A DNA stretch of 32,000 bases from the NCBI GenBank assembly GCA_000025185.1, contig CP001848.1:1740001-1772000 (forward strand). Direction: 5' to 3'. The notes under the pieces were generated by a model, which saw only the letters and a program-made list of their open reading frames with translations, was not told where the DNA came from and ran no database searches. The translations under genes were made by a program, and so were the position numbers. The stretch's first letter is position 1; the number at the start of each line of letters is the position of its first letter. Positions 31,714-32,000 of the stretch are shown here, piece by piece. This DNA is from Pirellula staleyi DSM 6068. GTDB lineage: Bacteria; Planctomycetota; Planctomycetia; Pirellulales; Pirellulaceae.

Positions 31714-31995
31714 CTACTTGTCGTCGTTTCCGAGGAAGTCGAACATCCCACCCGATGAACCGGCGTTCTTCGATTTGCTGTCGTCGTCGAGGTTCTCGAA
31801 CGAGATCTCACCGTCGTCAGCGGGCTCGAGGTTCATGTCCTCCAGGGTCAGCTCTTCGGCAGGTTCTTCGGTGATTTCGAGCTCGACTTCAGGCTCCTCG
31901 AAAGCTTCGAGCATCAAGGGCTCGTCATCCACGGGAGTTTCGGTAGCGGGAGGTTCAGGGGCTGGTGCTTCGGCCTCTTCGACCGTCTCGAGCAT
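31714..31995 (-). CDS. Highly acidic protein, C-terminal part (at least 93 aa; may continue past the window edge)
   Basis: The ORF stays open to the window end; the codon upstream of the ATG at 31993-31995 is not a stop. It is extremely Glu/Asp/Pro-rich (EPEVELEITEEPAEELTLEDMNLEPADDGE). A strong intrinsic terminator follows it. Confidence 0.5.
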   Translation of the reverse strand: MLETVEEAEAPAPEPPATETPVDDEPLMLEAFEEPEVELEITEEPAEELTLEDMNLEPADDGEISFENLDDDSKSKNAGSSGGMFDFLGNDDK

Positions 31996-32000
31996 GCCGA

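Noticed and set aside
1-32000. Search for CRISPR arrays, tRNA/rRNA genes, IS elements, integrases and prophage genes
   Set aside because: I saw no regularly spaced repeats with unique spacers, no tRNA T-loop or acceptor signatures in intergenic DNA, and no transposase, integrase or phage-like ORFs. By eye, the window looks like core or accessory chromosome rather than a mobile island.

Overview
This is a 32-kb GC-rich bacterial chromosomal segment; coding regions look roughly 55-62% GC by eye. The protein repertoire points to Planctomycetota, probably a Pirellulales-like organism, but that taxonomic call is inference. The supporting traits are a CpaC-type secretin with a very long Pro/Ala-rich extension, a di-haem cytochrome c, an ECF sigma/anti-sigma pair, many lineage-specific polytopic membrane proteins, and frequent GTG/TTG starts. 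I call 28 CDSs, one small ORF interrupted by an in-frame stop, several hairpin terminators and several short repeat families. Recognisable genes are pepT, bcp, galM, a GT2 glycosyltransferase, a PolB-exo-like 3'-5' exonuclease, an ABM-domain protein, and a three-module LplT / acyltransferase / acyl-ACP-synthetase (Aas) fusion. I saw no rRNA, tRNA, CRISPR array, transposase, integrase or phage gene. The candidates for undescribed biology, in order, are as follows. (1) A tandem pair of paralogous membrane-anchored P-loop GTPases with DUF697-like C-terminal modules plus a 100-aa partner (13369-16747), transcribed divergently from the LplT-Aas lysophospholipid-repair fusion. (2) A secretin with no visible Tad partners and a ~400-aa low-complexity N-terminal extension, followed by a lipoprotein gene across a 394-nt gap that holds an AT-rich island and twin related hairpins (27180-31713). 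(3) A cluster of three CD225/IFITM-like small membrane proteins interleaved with a DUF5684-like protein (215-2012). (4) Two sets of tandemly duplicated lineage-specific membrane proteins. (5) A dispersed family of G-tract word repeats in intergenic DNA. All family assignments come from motif recognition by eye; no database search was possible.
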